Below, piece after piece: positions 1-11,735 of a stretch of 64,000 bases of DNA. The stretch is taken from NCBI RefSeq assembly GCF_018977255.1, contig NW_024704742.1, forward strand, positions 2,358,001 through 2,422,000, written 5' to 3'. A program made the position numbers and the translations under genes. A model generated the notes under the pieces. That model did not search any database and was not told where the DNA came from. It was given only the letters and a program-made list of their open reading frames with translations. The first letter of the stretch is position 1; every line of letters begins with the position of its first letter. The DNA is from Callorhinchus milii. Its lineage: Eukaryota.

Positions 1-607
1 AATTTGACTTCAGACTTTTGCTTTGGTAATTGTGGTGTGTTAAGGACTTAGCGCTTGAGAAAAACCTACCAATTAAGCAAGTACTATCGTGCATGACTCT
101 GAAGACTGACATTTGGTTGTCTTGGGCAGCGTGAAAATAGCGCCTCTCCTTAAAAAAAATTACCCTCCTTATTTGGAAACTAGGCAGCCAGGTTTCTTAT
201 CACACCCACCATGTTTTTTCCGCTTTGAATTAATTAGCCCATCAAAGGTCAAAAATCCCGAAGGGCACCTGCTTCCTCATGAAAATTTAATCTCTTCATC
301 ACGTTATTTAAATAAATGAATATTGTACATCCATAGCTTCCGAATAAAAATTATTGGACTCAAAATGCTTTATCTTTCACCCTTTTTTTTCCCACTTCCC
401 GTTCTCTTCTCTCTGAATGGCCAGTGGCCGCTTTATCCTACTGTGAATGAATAATTTCCTGAGCGGCGATTAAGTTTTGGAACCTGTGAAAGTGGCCCCA
501 TTGCTCTTTGTCGGCTTCGTCAGTCAGGGTTGGAGGCAGCCTGGTCTGTCCTCGCTCAGTGACCACCCCCCAACCCAAACATTGTCACTAAAATGGTTTG
601 TATAATC

Positions 608-668
608 GAATGGCGGAGCAGGCTCGAAGGGCCGCATGGTCTTCTCCTGCTCCTACATGTTATGTTAC
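608..668 (+). mobile_element. CR1 LINE extreme 3' tail fragment
   Basis: GAATGGCGGAGCAGGCTCGAAGGGCCGCATGGTCTTCTCCTGCTCCTA followed by TGTTA-type repeats; resembles the CR1 terminal stem-loop (GGAGCAGG...CCTGCTCC). Confidence 0.7.
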
Positions 669-914
669 GTTAATCACGGTGAGCTAGAACTCAGAGTGAT
701 TCCCCCCCCACCCCCCTCCCACCCTCTAAAAGACAAAATCTTGTTATTGTAATGGGAGGACATGAGGTTTGTCTCGTGAAAAGATAGGATTTTCTTCCTG
801 ATCTGGTGCTGAGTCAAAGATGGGACTCTGGCGGTGAAAGATTTTATCAAATGCATGCTTTCTTGGGTTTCTTTTTTATTCTTCCAGAAATTTACCTAAT
901 TTTACACGTCGATT

Positions 915-1290
915 AAGTTGTGGCCTCCCCTGAACCAGCCCACCACCCTCACCCTCATTCAGCCCCAGTCCCCCATGCAGACCAAGTTCAAGATTCTCCC
1001 CCTTGCTTTCCAGAAGCCTCACCTCACCCAACCTCGTGTGAGTTCCCGTGACTCTACCAGTCCGCTTTTCGTCTCCCACCCAATCTGCCCCACCATCGAT
1101 CAGCGAGTTATCATTCCTTCTGACCCTCCTCCGTCTACAATTCCTTCGTAGCTTCAGAGCCATCTTTTCGACTGCAATTTCGGCCACCATGCCCAAACAC
1201 ACCCAAACTTGCTCACGCTGCCGATCTGCAGTGCAAAGCACTTTGAGGCATCCGCCTGATGTGAAAGGGCCATCTAAATGTAAATTGTTC
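915..1290 (+). mobile_element. Degraded L2-clade LINE 3' fragment
   Basis: C-rich; encodes decayed ...TKFKILPLAFQK (L2 ORF2 C-terminal IxFKILLLxFK motif); ends in a GGCATCCGCCTGATGTGAAAGGGCC..TAAATGTAA variant of the L2 tail. Confidence 0.65.
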
Positions 1291-1747
1291 TCAACATTGT
1301 CATTGTACCTCTCGCTTTGATGGCATTTGCATAAGCTTAGTTTGAGGCCCTAAATTTGTTGGAGCAATAAACTTTTATGTTCTTTGAATGCAGTAACCAA
1401 ATTACTTGTTGGGTAGATACTACAACACCGAATAGCAAATTGTTGATCAATAATAATAAAAGTTCTTGCCTTTGGTATAGCGCTCGGAACGATCCCAAAG
1501 TGCTTCACAGGATTTACCGTGAAGTGGAGTGTCTGTGTGTTTGTGGGTTTATTGCAACAGATACAAAGTTTGACTTGCTGCAAATTATAACAACAAACAC
1601 ATTTATGAAGATAGATTCAGGTTGAAAACAATTATTTGCCCAAGTTGAATTCTCACAGTCCTATAAATCAAAGATCGTGTGAAGGTTTATTTCCTGAGAC
1701 CTTCCGTGTTGTGTGTTCTATATCTTCTCTGAATTTATGCATCATCC

Positions 1748-1996
1748 TGACTCTCGCCTCCAAGTCAGAAGGTTGTAGGTTCAAGTCCCATGTTAGGACT
1801 TTGAGCTCATACAGTCTAGGCTGACACCCCATTGCAATTCTGGGGGTGCAGTGCATTGTTGAAGGTGATGTCCTTCAGATGAGATGTTAAACCTTTGCCC
1901 CTTCCTCCTTTTTAATCGTACATTAAAGATCCCATGGCACTGTTAACAAAGAGAAGGGAATTTCTCCTGGTGTCCTGGCTCACAATTCTCCTCAAA
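1748..1996 (+). mobile_element. Deu-domain SINE (AmnSINE1/SacSINE1-like), 5' half
   Basis: tRNA-like head with B box GGTTCAAGTCC; Deu core ...GATGAGATGTTAAACC...TTAAAGATCCCATGGCACT...TCTCCTGGTGTCCTGGC. Confidence 0.8.
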
Positions 1997-2119
1997 TCTT
2001 CCTTACTACACTAGTTTATGAGCCCTATGTGATGGCTAGTGTCCCTTGATTCCTCTTCTCTGTTTCTCTAACAACAAATCCCTACAATTATATTCAATGT
2101 GATTGCAGACAATCCATGA

Positions 2120-2270
2120 GTCTTTTTTGAATAGTACCACAGGATCTTTAACGTACATCTAAACTGACAGACAGGACCTCGGGTTTAGTCTCATCCGAAG
2201 GTTTGGCATCTCCGACAATGCAGTGCATTCCCAGCATTGTATTAGAGTATCAGTTCACACTGCGAGCTCA
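2120..2270 (-). mobile_element. Deu-domain SINE fragment
   Basis: Reverse complement of the Deu core (GGATCTTTAACGT...ACCTCGGGTTTAGTCTCATCCGAAGG...CTCCGACAATGCAG). Confidence 0.75.
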
Positions 2271-2359
2271 GAGTGGACTTTGCAAGAAAGCTTAGTTTCA
2301 AATGATCCGTGAGTCCACTACTTCTGATCACTCTTTGTGCCTGATATCTGATGTATGAC

Positions 2360-2555
2360 CGTTTGTGGGGCTGCCACGTTTCACCCACAAAATACACAGT
2401 CACTACACTTTACAGTATATTCTGTGAAACACTTTGAGCTGCCTTGAAGACATGATAAGGCATTATATCAAATGCAAGGTTTATTATTATTATCAGCGCC
2501 TTGGGACGTCCTCCCGACGTGAAAGGCGCTATACAAATGTAATTTTGTTGTTATT
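2360..2555 (+). mobile_element. SINE 3' module immediately followed by an L2 3' tail
   Basis: CACAAAATACACAGTCACTACACTTTACAG...ATCAAATGCAAGG(TTA)n, then TTGGGACGTCCTCCCGACGTGAAAGGCGCTATACAAATG..(TTG)n. Confidence 0.75.
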
Positions 2556-3574
2556 ATCATTATATCTACTGATATCTAATAGAACAACAATTGCTTCTCT
2601 GGTGGAGAGACCGGGAAATAAAACTTCTGGACATTCAGGTAATGAATAATATTGTTCAGTTCTGTGCTCTTCCGTTATTGAGCTGTTTACAGTGTCTACG
2701 AAGATCTATATTGAGTGTAAATATTTGTTAACTCCAGCATCTTGTGATGTTGCCGTAAACATTCCACCTTCCGACAGATGGACTATTGTTGGCCGCTGAT
2801 AGAACAGCATGCAGGGAAACACACTTTCGCAATGAAATATTGATGGGGCGCATGCTGTTCGATGTTCCTTCCAATCGAAATGCTATTGAAGTGCATGACT
2901 GTGCTCGGAATTAGTTTGTTCTGTAAGAACTGTCATGGGAAGAGAACCAGTCGTGCACCTTTCAACCTGCCCCATTGCACTGGACTGGTGCTGTGCTGAC
3001 TCACCATCAGTCCTATTTGCCGTGTCTTATTAAGCGATGCTCATTGAGTTCAATAAGAGTTTGACCAAGGTTAATATTTGGTAAAATAACTTGCTTGCGA
3101 ATAACTCCTCTACTTTCTACAGACTGCTGGATATGACTCACTGGGGCCATTTTATATGTATGTAAGTGGCATTTTATATCTGATTGGCTGATGGCGTCCC
3201 AAGGCACTGCATGTTTTTTAAAACATTTTTAATGCCTACATTGTGCATTAACGAGCACCAATGCTATCTGGCGAATAGATTGACGTTTCGGCTGATTCTT
3301 GTAAAACAAATCGATATATACCTGAATGCTGCTGTAAGCGTCCAAATCGCTGGGACTGAGGTTAATATCTTCCTTAACTGGAGAAAACGTGCATTGGAAA
3401 ATAATCTAAAGTTGAAGAGTAAAACAAGAAGCAAAGTTCATCGATTGGATTGAAACAGATCAACAATTGACCTGTAGCTGGTGCTCCACAGGACATTCGT
3501 GGTAATGATAACAGCAACATTTGAAAATGTATAATAATAATAATAATCATGATAATAATCCTTGGATTTGATCT

Positions 3575-4190
3575 TGCGCCACTCCACTTTCTCGTATCTC
3601 CATTGCATTGCCCGCCTCCGGCACTAATTCTCGCTGAGCTGCTGAAACCCTTGTGTTTGCTTTCATTACGTCCAAACTTGACGACACCAACACTGTTCAC
3701 TGGGCTCCTCAACTCTTCTCTCCCCGAAGCTTATCCAGAACTCTTGCAGCCCATATACCACCCTGCTCCAGGCTTCAGACTATCACCCCATCCTCGGTTT
3801 CGTTGGCCTCCTGTCTCCTGGTAAGGAGTGAATTTAAGATCTTCGTTCTCATCTTCAAACCCCTCCATGGACCCTACCCCTGCAACCTCCTCGAATCCCA
3901 CTGAGTCAGCTTTCATTACTTCCAAGCTTGATGCTCCCTTTGCGAGCACCAGTCCTGCTTCATATCCCTCGCTCTATCCACCAACCATCAGTGGTTGGTC
4001 TTTCCAGCCATTCTGCCCCTGCTCTGTCGACCTCCATCCAGGAGACTCTCTGACTCACTTACTCCCTCACCTGGTTCGAAGCCCATCTCGAGATGTGTCT
4101 GTTTGACTGTGCATTGGGTCATCTTTGCTCTTTTTCAACCCCACACACCCCCACAAACCCCGCCGGCTCCCACCCCTAGCTCGGGTGCCC
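3575..4190 (+). mobile_element. Degraded L2 LINE ORF2 C-terminus / 3' UTR
   Basis: Decayed AETLVFAFITSKLD, ITP, EFKIFVLIFKPLHG motifs, typical of the L2 ORF2 end. Confidence 0.75.
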
Positions 4191-4866
4191 CCTTAATCGC
4201 TTTGAGCCGTCTTGTCTTCTTGACTTGACAGAATATAAATGTAAATTGTACTGCATTGAATCCCGCTGTGACAAGACCTTTTATTGGTTTAGTACATTTG
4301 ATAGTGTCCCCCCTCCACCCCAGTTTCAGAAGTACATAATCCATTGCACACGGTGTACACAGAACTTTAACACAGGGCTTAGGTGACAGATTGTAGATCT
4401 CACATTACTCCTCAGTGTTTAAGGTTGGGAGTAAATTATGACGGGCAAGCTATCTTTCAGAGCTGATATTTCGGGCAAGTATTTTAGCCATAGATTCATG
4501 AAATAATTGATTGAAGAGTCATTCCAAATCCTCTCGAAGAAACTCTTTATGCAATTTTAGTGCTCATTTATGTGAATAATGACTGCGTTGAATCTGATAC
4601 GCTGTACCACTGTGAAGCAAGCTTGAGCCACGTACAACAATGAGCATCAGGCGTACATATAAATACAACTGGATGTTATTAGCTAGAATTCCCTCCTCCC
4701 TATATAACCAGCGTGACATTTCCATTTCTTCCACAGTCAAGCATGAATCTTTCAGGGTGCAGTGTTAAATTCAATATCAAATTCAGAGTAATGTTGCACT
4801 GTACATTTACAACTGGATTGACTATTCTTGAGCACAGTTGTAATATAATAATCCTTGCACTTGTGT

Positions 4867-5290
4867 CAGCCTGGCGCACTGGTAGCGCTCTCCACTCTGA
4901 GTCGGAAGGTTGCGGTTTCAAGCCTCACGTCGGGAACTTGGAATCACATCGTTCTGAGTTGACACTCCACTGCAGTGTTGGCAGGGTGTCTCGTTGTTAG
5001 AGGTGTCGTCCTTCAGATGTGACCTTAAACCGAGGTACCATCTCGGTTTAATGTTCAGGTGGACGTTAAAGATCTCATGACGCTATATGAAAAGAGAAGG
5101 GGGTTTCTCCTGGTCAACAAATCTCCCAAATAAAATTGGTCGCTTATTCCATGGCTGCTTGTGGGACATTGCTGTACATAATTGGCTGCTGTGTTTCGCC
5201 CACAAAATACACAGTCACTTTACATTGTATCCTGTGAAGCTCTTTGAGACGTCTTGACGACGTGATAAGGCGCTATATCAAATGCAAGAG
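4867..5290 (+). mobile_element. Near-full-length Deu-domain SINE
   Basis: Head CAGCCTGGCGCACTGGTAGCGCTCTC..GGTTTCAAGCC, Deu core GTTAAAGATCTCATGAC, shared 3' module ending GGCGCTATATCAAATGCAAG. Confidence 0.85.
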
Positions 5291-5399
5291 CTATCTGTGT
5301 TTGATACAGTACCTTTCAAAGTAGGAGGACGTTTCAAAGCGCTTCACAGGATGTATACTAAATTATTGTTCAGGATTTACGTTTTGAACCCCATTTAAA

Positions 5400-5535
5400 A
5401 TTTTGTACACCTCTTGAAAGTGCCCTCTGAGTCATCTTCTCTCAAGACTGAAGAGCTCTAACTTGTCTAATCGTTGCATAACTTGTTCTATTAACACTGG
5501 TATTATCCTCATTGCTCTCCTCTGCACTGCTTCTG
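5400..5535 (-). mobile_element. CR1 ORF2 C-terminal fragment
   Basis: Minus translation EAVQRRAMRIIP...RLDKLELFSLERR matches the CR1 LExVQRRATR..RLxxLxLFSLERR motif. Confidence 0.8.
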
Positions 5536-7450
5536 CACTGCCTCTAGAACCTAGGTCACTCCTTATGTTGTGGGTACCACGTGGCCTTATTTCAGCTGCT
5601 TTTAATGGCGAAGCAAAGATTGAAACGCAATCTTCTACGAGGCTTAAGTCACTTTCGACAATTGGATCTTTTTTAACTGTAAGTTGGTTTGTTGAATGAG
5701 CAAATGGCACTAATTAAGAAGAAACTATAGAATCTAGAATCGGAGGAGCAGCCAAGTTCGTATAAGGAACTCCACCCTCTTGAGTTAGAGGTTGAAAAAT
5801 ATTGAACAGTATAAGTTGGTTAGCTTATCACTCACATTGTCTTTGAAGCAGCAATAAACAAGGTTCACGACCGTGTGTGTCACTGAGGAAGGCAATAGAA
5901 GAAACTGTTTTATTTCTGCTAGAACTAGCGTGGCCCTTGGGACCTGTCTGGGAATTTACCTTCTTAAATCTCTCTTGTCGAGGGCTGAAAGGTTTCGGCT
6001 GCTGCCTTTTATTATTTTCCGGGTTACTTAAATCTTGCTGTTCCCAACTGGTTGCCACATTTCATCCACAAAATAAAATCAATCTACTTTACAGTATATC
6101 CCGTGAAGCACAATGAGCTGTCTGAAAGACGTGATAAAGCGCTATATCAAACATGAGGATTATTATTATTTACATTGCTGCTTGTAGGGAAAAATTATTG
6201 TCAACTTTTTCCCAATAATGCAAAAATTTGGCTCACACATCACGGGTGCACTAAAATTGCAATGATTTGAATTGCGTCTGATCTTTCTAACACTGGTCAT
6301 TTATGTGTTACCGCTTTTAATGCTATGATTGAAAAATTTGTGCTCTGCGAAACAAAAGATTGAAACGCAATCTTCGGCTCAGCTTAAGTCGTTCCTTTTT
6401 AGACAATTGGATTGTTTTTTGATTCCGACTGTTTTATTGGCCATGTAACGTACCTAAATGTTCTCATGACCAGATTTGCCCAAGCCTGTGAGGTTGTTAT
6501 TGCGTATTGGAGAGCTTTCCATTGTTGCACTGAAATCTTGTTTGTAAATGTAATGATCCTCGCTCTGTATTGCTGGTCCTTGACAATCTCATAGCAACAA
6601 ATTACTGAGAACAGAACCAAAACCGTCACAGTTTGTGAGCGAAAGTCGCTAAGAATTAGACCTGAGCTGCAGAAAAGCTGTAAATGGCACACAATCCTGT
6701 AAATGGTTTGATAATTATCATCTGTGAAGTTTGTCACATCATCAAACATCGTGGTCCAATGCCCCTTTGAATTATAGATTTTGTTGAGTGTGAATACCTC
6801 CTCTCTTAAAACCCCCATATATGCTAACTTCTAGGAGAGACAGATTTCAGCAACTTTTCTCCTCCACCCACTCGATAGATCTTTCACAAATGTGGGCGAA
6901 GGCAATGGAGCTGAAGAATCCTTGAATTAATCATTACCAAGGTAGTAACCTCACATATTACTTTGCTTTTGTAATTCCTACAGATGATTAAATCAAATAC
7001 GGAGATTATTATTATAATTATAATGTAAATTTTTCATTTTGCTCGTTTAAATTGGCTTCTTGCTGGTTAACACTTCAATCCTGAATTGGGACCATTTGTG
7101 GCAGTTTCTGGGTGAGAATTGGTGCAAATAATCCAGGTAAATCGTCCTTTGAGCTGTATGATTTGAAAGCGAATTATGCTGCAAAACTGTAGAGACGGTA
7201 TTGAGATTGAGGATTTGATAGGGATATAAATTCACATCACTAAATGCAGGCAGTATGAATAGATTGTGATATCAATTGCCCTTTGAAAGTTCCTGGACAA
7301 TCGCGGGGACCGCTCAACAGCATTTAAGGGCCAGGTTTTTTTTTAAAAATTGTTAGTGAGTCAATTGTGTCACTCCCTGTAGTCATATATTTAATAACAT
7401 ACAATAAATAAGAACCAGTTAGCATGGCATTGTGTACGGGTTCAGTAACA

Positions 7451-7771
7451 GGAGTCCCGTAGCTCAGTGGTTAGAGCGCTCACCTCGCAAGCGAGAGACC
7501 TGGGTTCGATTCCCGACAGGGCGAAACCTTGGGCATTTTCCTTATTCCACACGCCTGATCATAATCCCTCAAGAAAAATAAAACAATAATAAAATCGGGC
7601 ACTTCAATCCGCGACTGTTTGTGGGGACGCTGCTGTGCGCAATTGGCTGCCGCGTTTCGCCCACAAAGTATACGGTCAATTCACTTTACAGTCTATTCCG
7701 TGAGGCGCTTTGAGATGTCTAAAAGCTGTCAAAAGCGCGATATCAAATGCGAGGATTATTATTATTATTAT
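7451..7771 (+). mobile_element. tRNA-Ala-headed SINE, short form, full length
   Basis: A box TAGCTCAGTGG, B box GGTTCGATTCC, anticodon-like loop CTCGCAA, CCTTGGGCA, shared 3' module, (TTA)n tail; at least 8 related copies in the window. Confidence 0.9.
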
Positions 7772-8852
7772 CAGTTGGGCAGAATTCTCCTCAAACCAGG
7801 CCAAGAGCGATTGGGATTGTAATATATAAATCCCTTTCCCTGCTTCAAAACATTCCCGTGTTTAAAAGCAAACACGCATCACGTCACTTCCAACCGTGTA
7901 AATGCGGATGAAGACCCATCTGAGGGCCTTTGAAGCAACACTCTTGGCAGCAGCATCGCGGCAATGTAACTTGGAAAACTTCACACGTTCCAGGTTCCAT
8001 TTGCTGCTCTCGGCACTTATGTCAAGTGTGGGTATTGCAGAGATGAGTATATTGTAGTGCTATCAATATCTGGATTGTTTTCTCAAGTTTCTGGTCAGAA
8101 GCAGGATACCAAGATTTAGTCTGTGATTAGGAGAGATTGGATTCTGTGCAATAGCTCAATAAAATATCTTCTAGGTAGCGGCAAGCCTATTCCCAGCCTG
8201 AATACGTGGCACAAACAATGAAGTTGATGTGACATTCCAGCATTCAGCTCCATTTCACTGGTAAACAAAGCCTGAATGGTTCAATAGGCTTGTCTTGCAC
8301 AATGAGTGAATATGTAGACAGCAAGACTTTTGCCAATTTAGTCATGAGAATAACATCTATGTCGTTTGCCAGAAACAAACTGCAGGAGGTTTTTTGAGTT
8401 ATTTTAGCTCCTATGTATTAAGCTGAAGGTTGACTCTTAGTTGCAAGTCAGTTTCCCACAAGTAAAGAACGGTCGCTATTTCATACCAGCGGTTTTCAAC
8501 GTGCACTGACACAATCTGCCTCCGCCGCCTGCCTGGGTAGTGTATTCCTGTTAACTGTACAAAGTAATTCAATCTGTCAATAATTCCACAATTTATACCG
8601 TCGTGTGGGGTTAGCTTCTGGTGCTTTGCCGCTATTTCAGTTAAAAGGCACTGTGATAGTGCAAAGGGAACTTTTGCTCGCGTGGAGGTGAGAATTTCGC
8701 CGCTGTATTACTTTGGTTCCAGAATTGGAGCAGTAACTCCATTCGGTGAGGTTGACGTTCCACACGAAGAAATTCAACAAACGTTCTCAGCTCAAATACG
8801 GTTTAGCTGTGTTGAAGTGCCGTGCGCTAACAATGCGCTTTCGTATCAACTT

Positions 8853-9043
8853 ATCATAGAATTACACAGAATATACAGCACAGAAACAGGCCGTTCGGCC
8901 CAACTGGTCTATGCCAGTGTTTACCCTCCACATGACCCTCCTCCTGCCCTTCCTCAATTAAGTCTATCAGCATAACCTTCCATTCCTTTCTCCCTCGTGT
9001 ACTTATCCGTCTTCCCCTTAAATGCATCTGTGCTATTCGCCTG
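8853..9043 (-). mobile_element. CR1 3' end fragment
   Basis: CATAGAATTACACAGAATATACAGCACAGAAACAGGCCGTTCGGCCC...CCCTTAAATGCATCT; reverse counterpart of the CR1 end at 55465-55725. Confidence 0.8.
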
Positions 9044-9077
9044 ATGAGTGCCGCAGTCTAATGATTACATTTTCAAA

Positions 9078-9508
9078 ACGTGACCCCCGAGCTGGGGTCA
9101 GGGGGGGGAGAAGGGAGGGAAGGGTAAGGGGGGTGGCCGATGGCATGGTCGAAGAGGAGGGTCTTGAGGCAGGGCTTGAAGGAGGCTAAGGAGGGGGCGA
9201 ATTGAGTGACTGGGGGATAGAATTCCAGAGGTTGGGGGCAGAGCGGCTGAAGGGTCTCCCGCCAATGGTGGAGCGAGTGGGTCAAGAGACGTGGAGGAGC
9301 CAGAGCCGGCTGAGCGGAGGGAGCGGGCAAGTTGATAGGGGTTAGGAGGTCGCAGAGGTAGGGTGGGGCGAGGCCATGAAGGGCTTTGTATGTGAGGACC
9401 AGGATCTTGAACTGGATCCTCTGAAGGATAGGGAGCCAATGGAGTCGGGTGAGAGTGGGAGAGATGGGGTCACGGAGTTTGGTGCGGGAGAGGACACAGG
9501 CTGAGGCA
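9078..9508 (-). mobile_element. L2 LINE 3' fragment
   Basis: Aligns by eye with the L2 copy at 59118-59662; encodes decayed RIQFKILVLTYKALHGLAPPYL. Confidence 0.85.
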
Positions 9509-9724
9509 CATTGAAGTGGGACTTGGTTGTGATGACGGTGGAGTACTGTGATCCCAACTGAAGCCCAAGTCTTAACATCCTCCTTGGCTGTTATTCAAAC
9601 CGTCGTGGCCTTTGAGTAACGCTTCGCAGTTCTCGTTTGAACCATCGGAGGCAATTTCAGGAACCTGTGTAAAACTGTCAGGGCCAACTACTCCAATGTA
9701 ATGCAGATGGGTCCACAGTCTCAC

Positions 9725-9773
9725 CTGCCAGACCGAAGGGTGCAGTGTGGTACCAGGAGGCGTTGGGAGAAAT
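9725..9773 (-). CDS. Candidate 49-nt internal exon (alternative acceptor gives 68 nt, to 9792); host gene unidentified
   Basis: Minus strand: ttttttttatccttcag|ATTTCTCCC...GTCTGGCAG|gtgaga. Unique sequence, all three frames open (e.g. FLPTPPGTTLHPSVWQ or ISPNASWYHTAPFGLA). Confidence 0.4.
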
Positions 9774-10975
9774 CTGAAGGATAAAAAAAAACCTGAAAGA
9801 GCCAAAAAGGCGTTTATTAAAACAAATTTGGATGAATCCTAAATACAGATGGACGTGAGGTAGCTTACATAGGATAATTTTGTTCCTCAGTGTAGATCCT
9901 TGAAGTGAGAATTAGTTATTCTGCAGCAAACTGTGCTGTCTTCACATTGTCGGTATTCTTATTTCAGTGGGAGGCTTACTTCAGTTTGAGAAATGTTTAA
10001 GCTTTCAATATTTTTATTCCATAAATAAGGAGCCCTGTGGTTGGTTAAAGTAACAAGTACTATAGTTAGTAGTCATTAGGTGATTTAATTTGAGACCATA
10101 CAGCCTGCTGGCTTGTTTTATTTCTTACGGTCATTGATCTAATGAAATTAAGGGTTTATTTTAGTTGTTAGAATATCAGCCGATGAGGCCCAATTGACCC
10201 TGACTCTTCTTGACTCCAACCCCAAGCCCTTGACTGTCCAGCTCTTTGGGATGTCATCCTGACATGAAAGGTGCTGTATAAATGCAATGTGTTGTTGTGG
10301 TGATGGTTTATTTCAATGCAGTGATCTGATGAGCTGCCCACAGGCACTCTCTCCTCTTTGTGATATCTCTTTTAGTTGAGATAAAATTTAAATACCAAAG
10401 TGTTGTTGCACAAAATGCTTGAAGAGATTCCAGCAACATTATTCGCTGCCCACGGCCAGAGTTTGAATGCACAAATTCACCAGCTAGAATACACGAGACT
10501 TGTTGCTGTGTTTACATCGGAATATTTCAGCGGAAGAGCTTCTGAAGTGCTTGGCTCCGGGTTCTGCGAAATGTGCCCCATTTATCTCATTTGTGGAGTG
10601 GAAACAACGACAGGGGCAGCTATCAAACCACTTTATCTGCACAAACACACGCTCGCTCACAAACGTTTGAGAGCCTAATACATTTTGTGCTCATAAATCT
10701 TCCTTTGAACCTGGGGAGATAAAGGTGTGCGCATGGCCAGCATTGGGCAAAACTGCATCGTTGACCTGTCTATGGTTTAAGGTCCATCTCAAGACCTTTG
10801 ACAGTGTTTTTGGTTGCCCCACACTCTCACCCCGGTGCCCAGCCAGCTGTTAAGGACTTTGGAACTTCCTGCTGACCCGAAAGGCGCTGTATAAATATAA
10901 AATTATATTGTATGTGAACAAAATGACAGCTCACTCAAAAGTGGAGAACAAGCAACAGCTGAGGCTCTTTGTGGC

Positions 10976-10998
10976 AGAGAGAGAGAGAGAGAGAGAGA
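10976..10998. repeat. (GA)n microsatellite
   Basis: Direct reading. Confidence 0.95.
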
Positions 10999-11407
10999 CA
11001 GCTTACGTACCTTAAATGTGATTGTTATTATTATTAGACTATTATTGCATGCAGAGTAGCAGATTATGAGGAAAAAGTGTACAGGTGGAGTTTTTCTCCT
11101 CTAGAAATAACAGCAAGATCTCACTCTCTTTGGAGAACAGTTGTGCCAGCGCTAGACCTGCCATTGGCAAAAGTATTTCCAGGTAAATGCTGTGTGAGAT
11201 AAGTAAATGTTTGTGTGTAACCCGGTTCCTTTTTTATTCTTCCATCCGACGTGCTATATCCAGCTCATGCCACCGACACTTTCGTTCACCACCATCACAT
11301 TGGATACCTATGACTGAGCTTTGTATTGGCTGGGAACCAGTTAACACGTGAGAAATCTCGGGAATCAGAAAGAATCTCCACTGAAGTCAATAGAGCCGAC
11401 AAAATGT

Positions 11408-11735
11408 GGAGTCCTGTAGCTCAGTGGTTAGAGCACTCGCTTTGCAAGCGAGAGACCTGAGTTCAATTCCAGGCAGAGGGCGAAACCTTGGGCAAGTTTC
11501 CTTACTCCACACAGAGCCTAATAATAATCCCTCCAAAAAACAAAAACAATAATAAATTGGTCATTTTCAATCTACGACTGTTTGTGGGACATTGCTGTGC
11601 GCAATTGGCTGCCGCGTTCGCCCACAAATATACAGTCAATTCACTTTACAGTGTGTTCTGTGAAGCGCTTTGGGACGTCCTCCCGACGTGAAAAGCGCTA
11701 TATCAAATGCAAGGATTATTATTATTATTATTATT
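11408..11735 (+). mobile_element. tRNA-Ala-headed SINE, short form, full length
   Basis: Same structure as 7451-7771; tail segment TTGGGACGTCCTCCCGACGTGAAAAGCGCTATA is nearly identical to the L2 tail. Confidence 0.9.
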
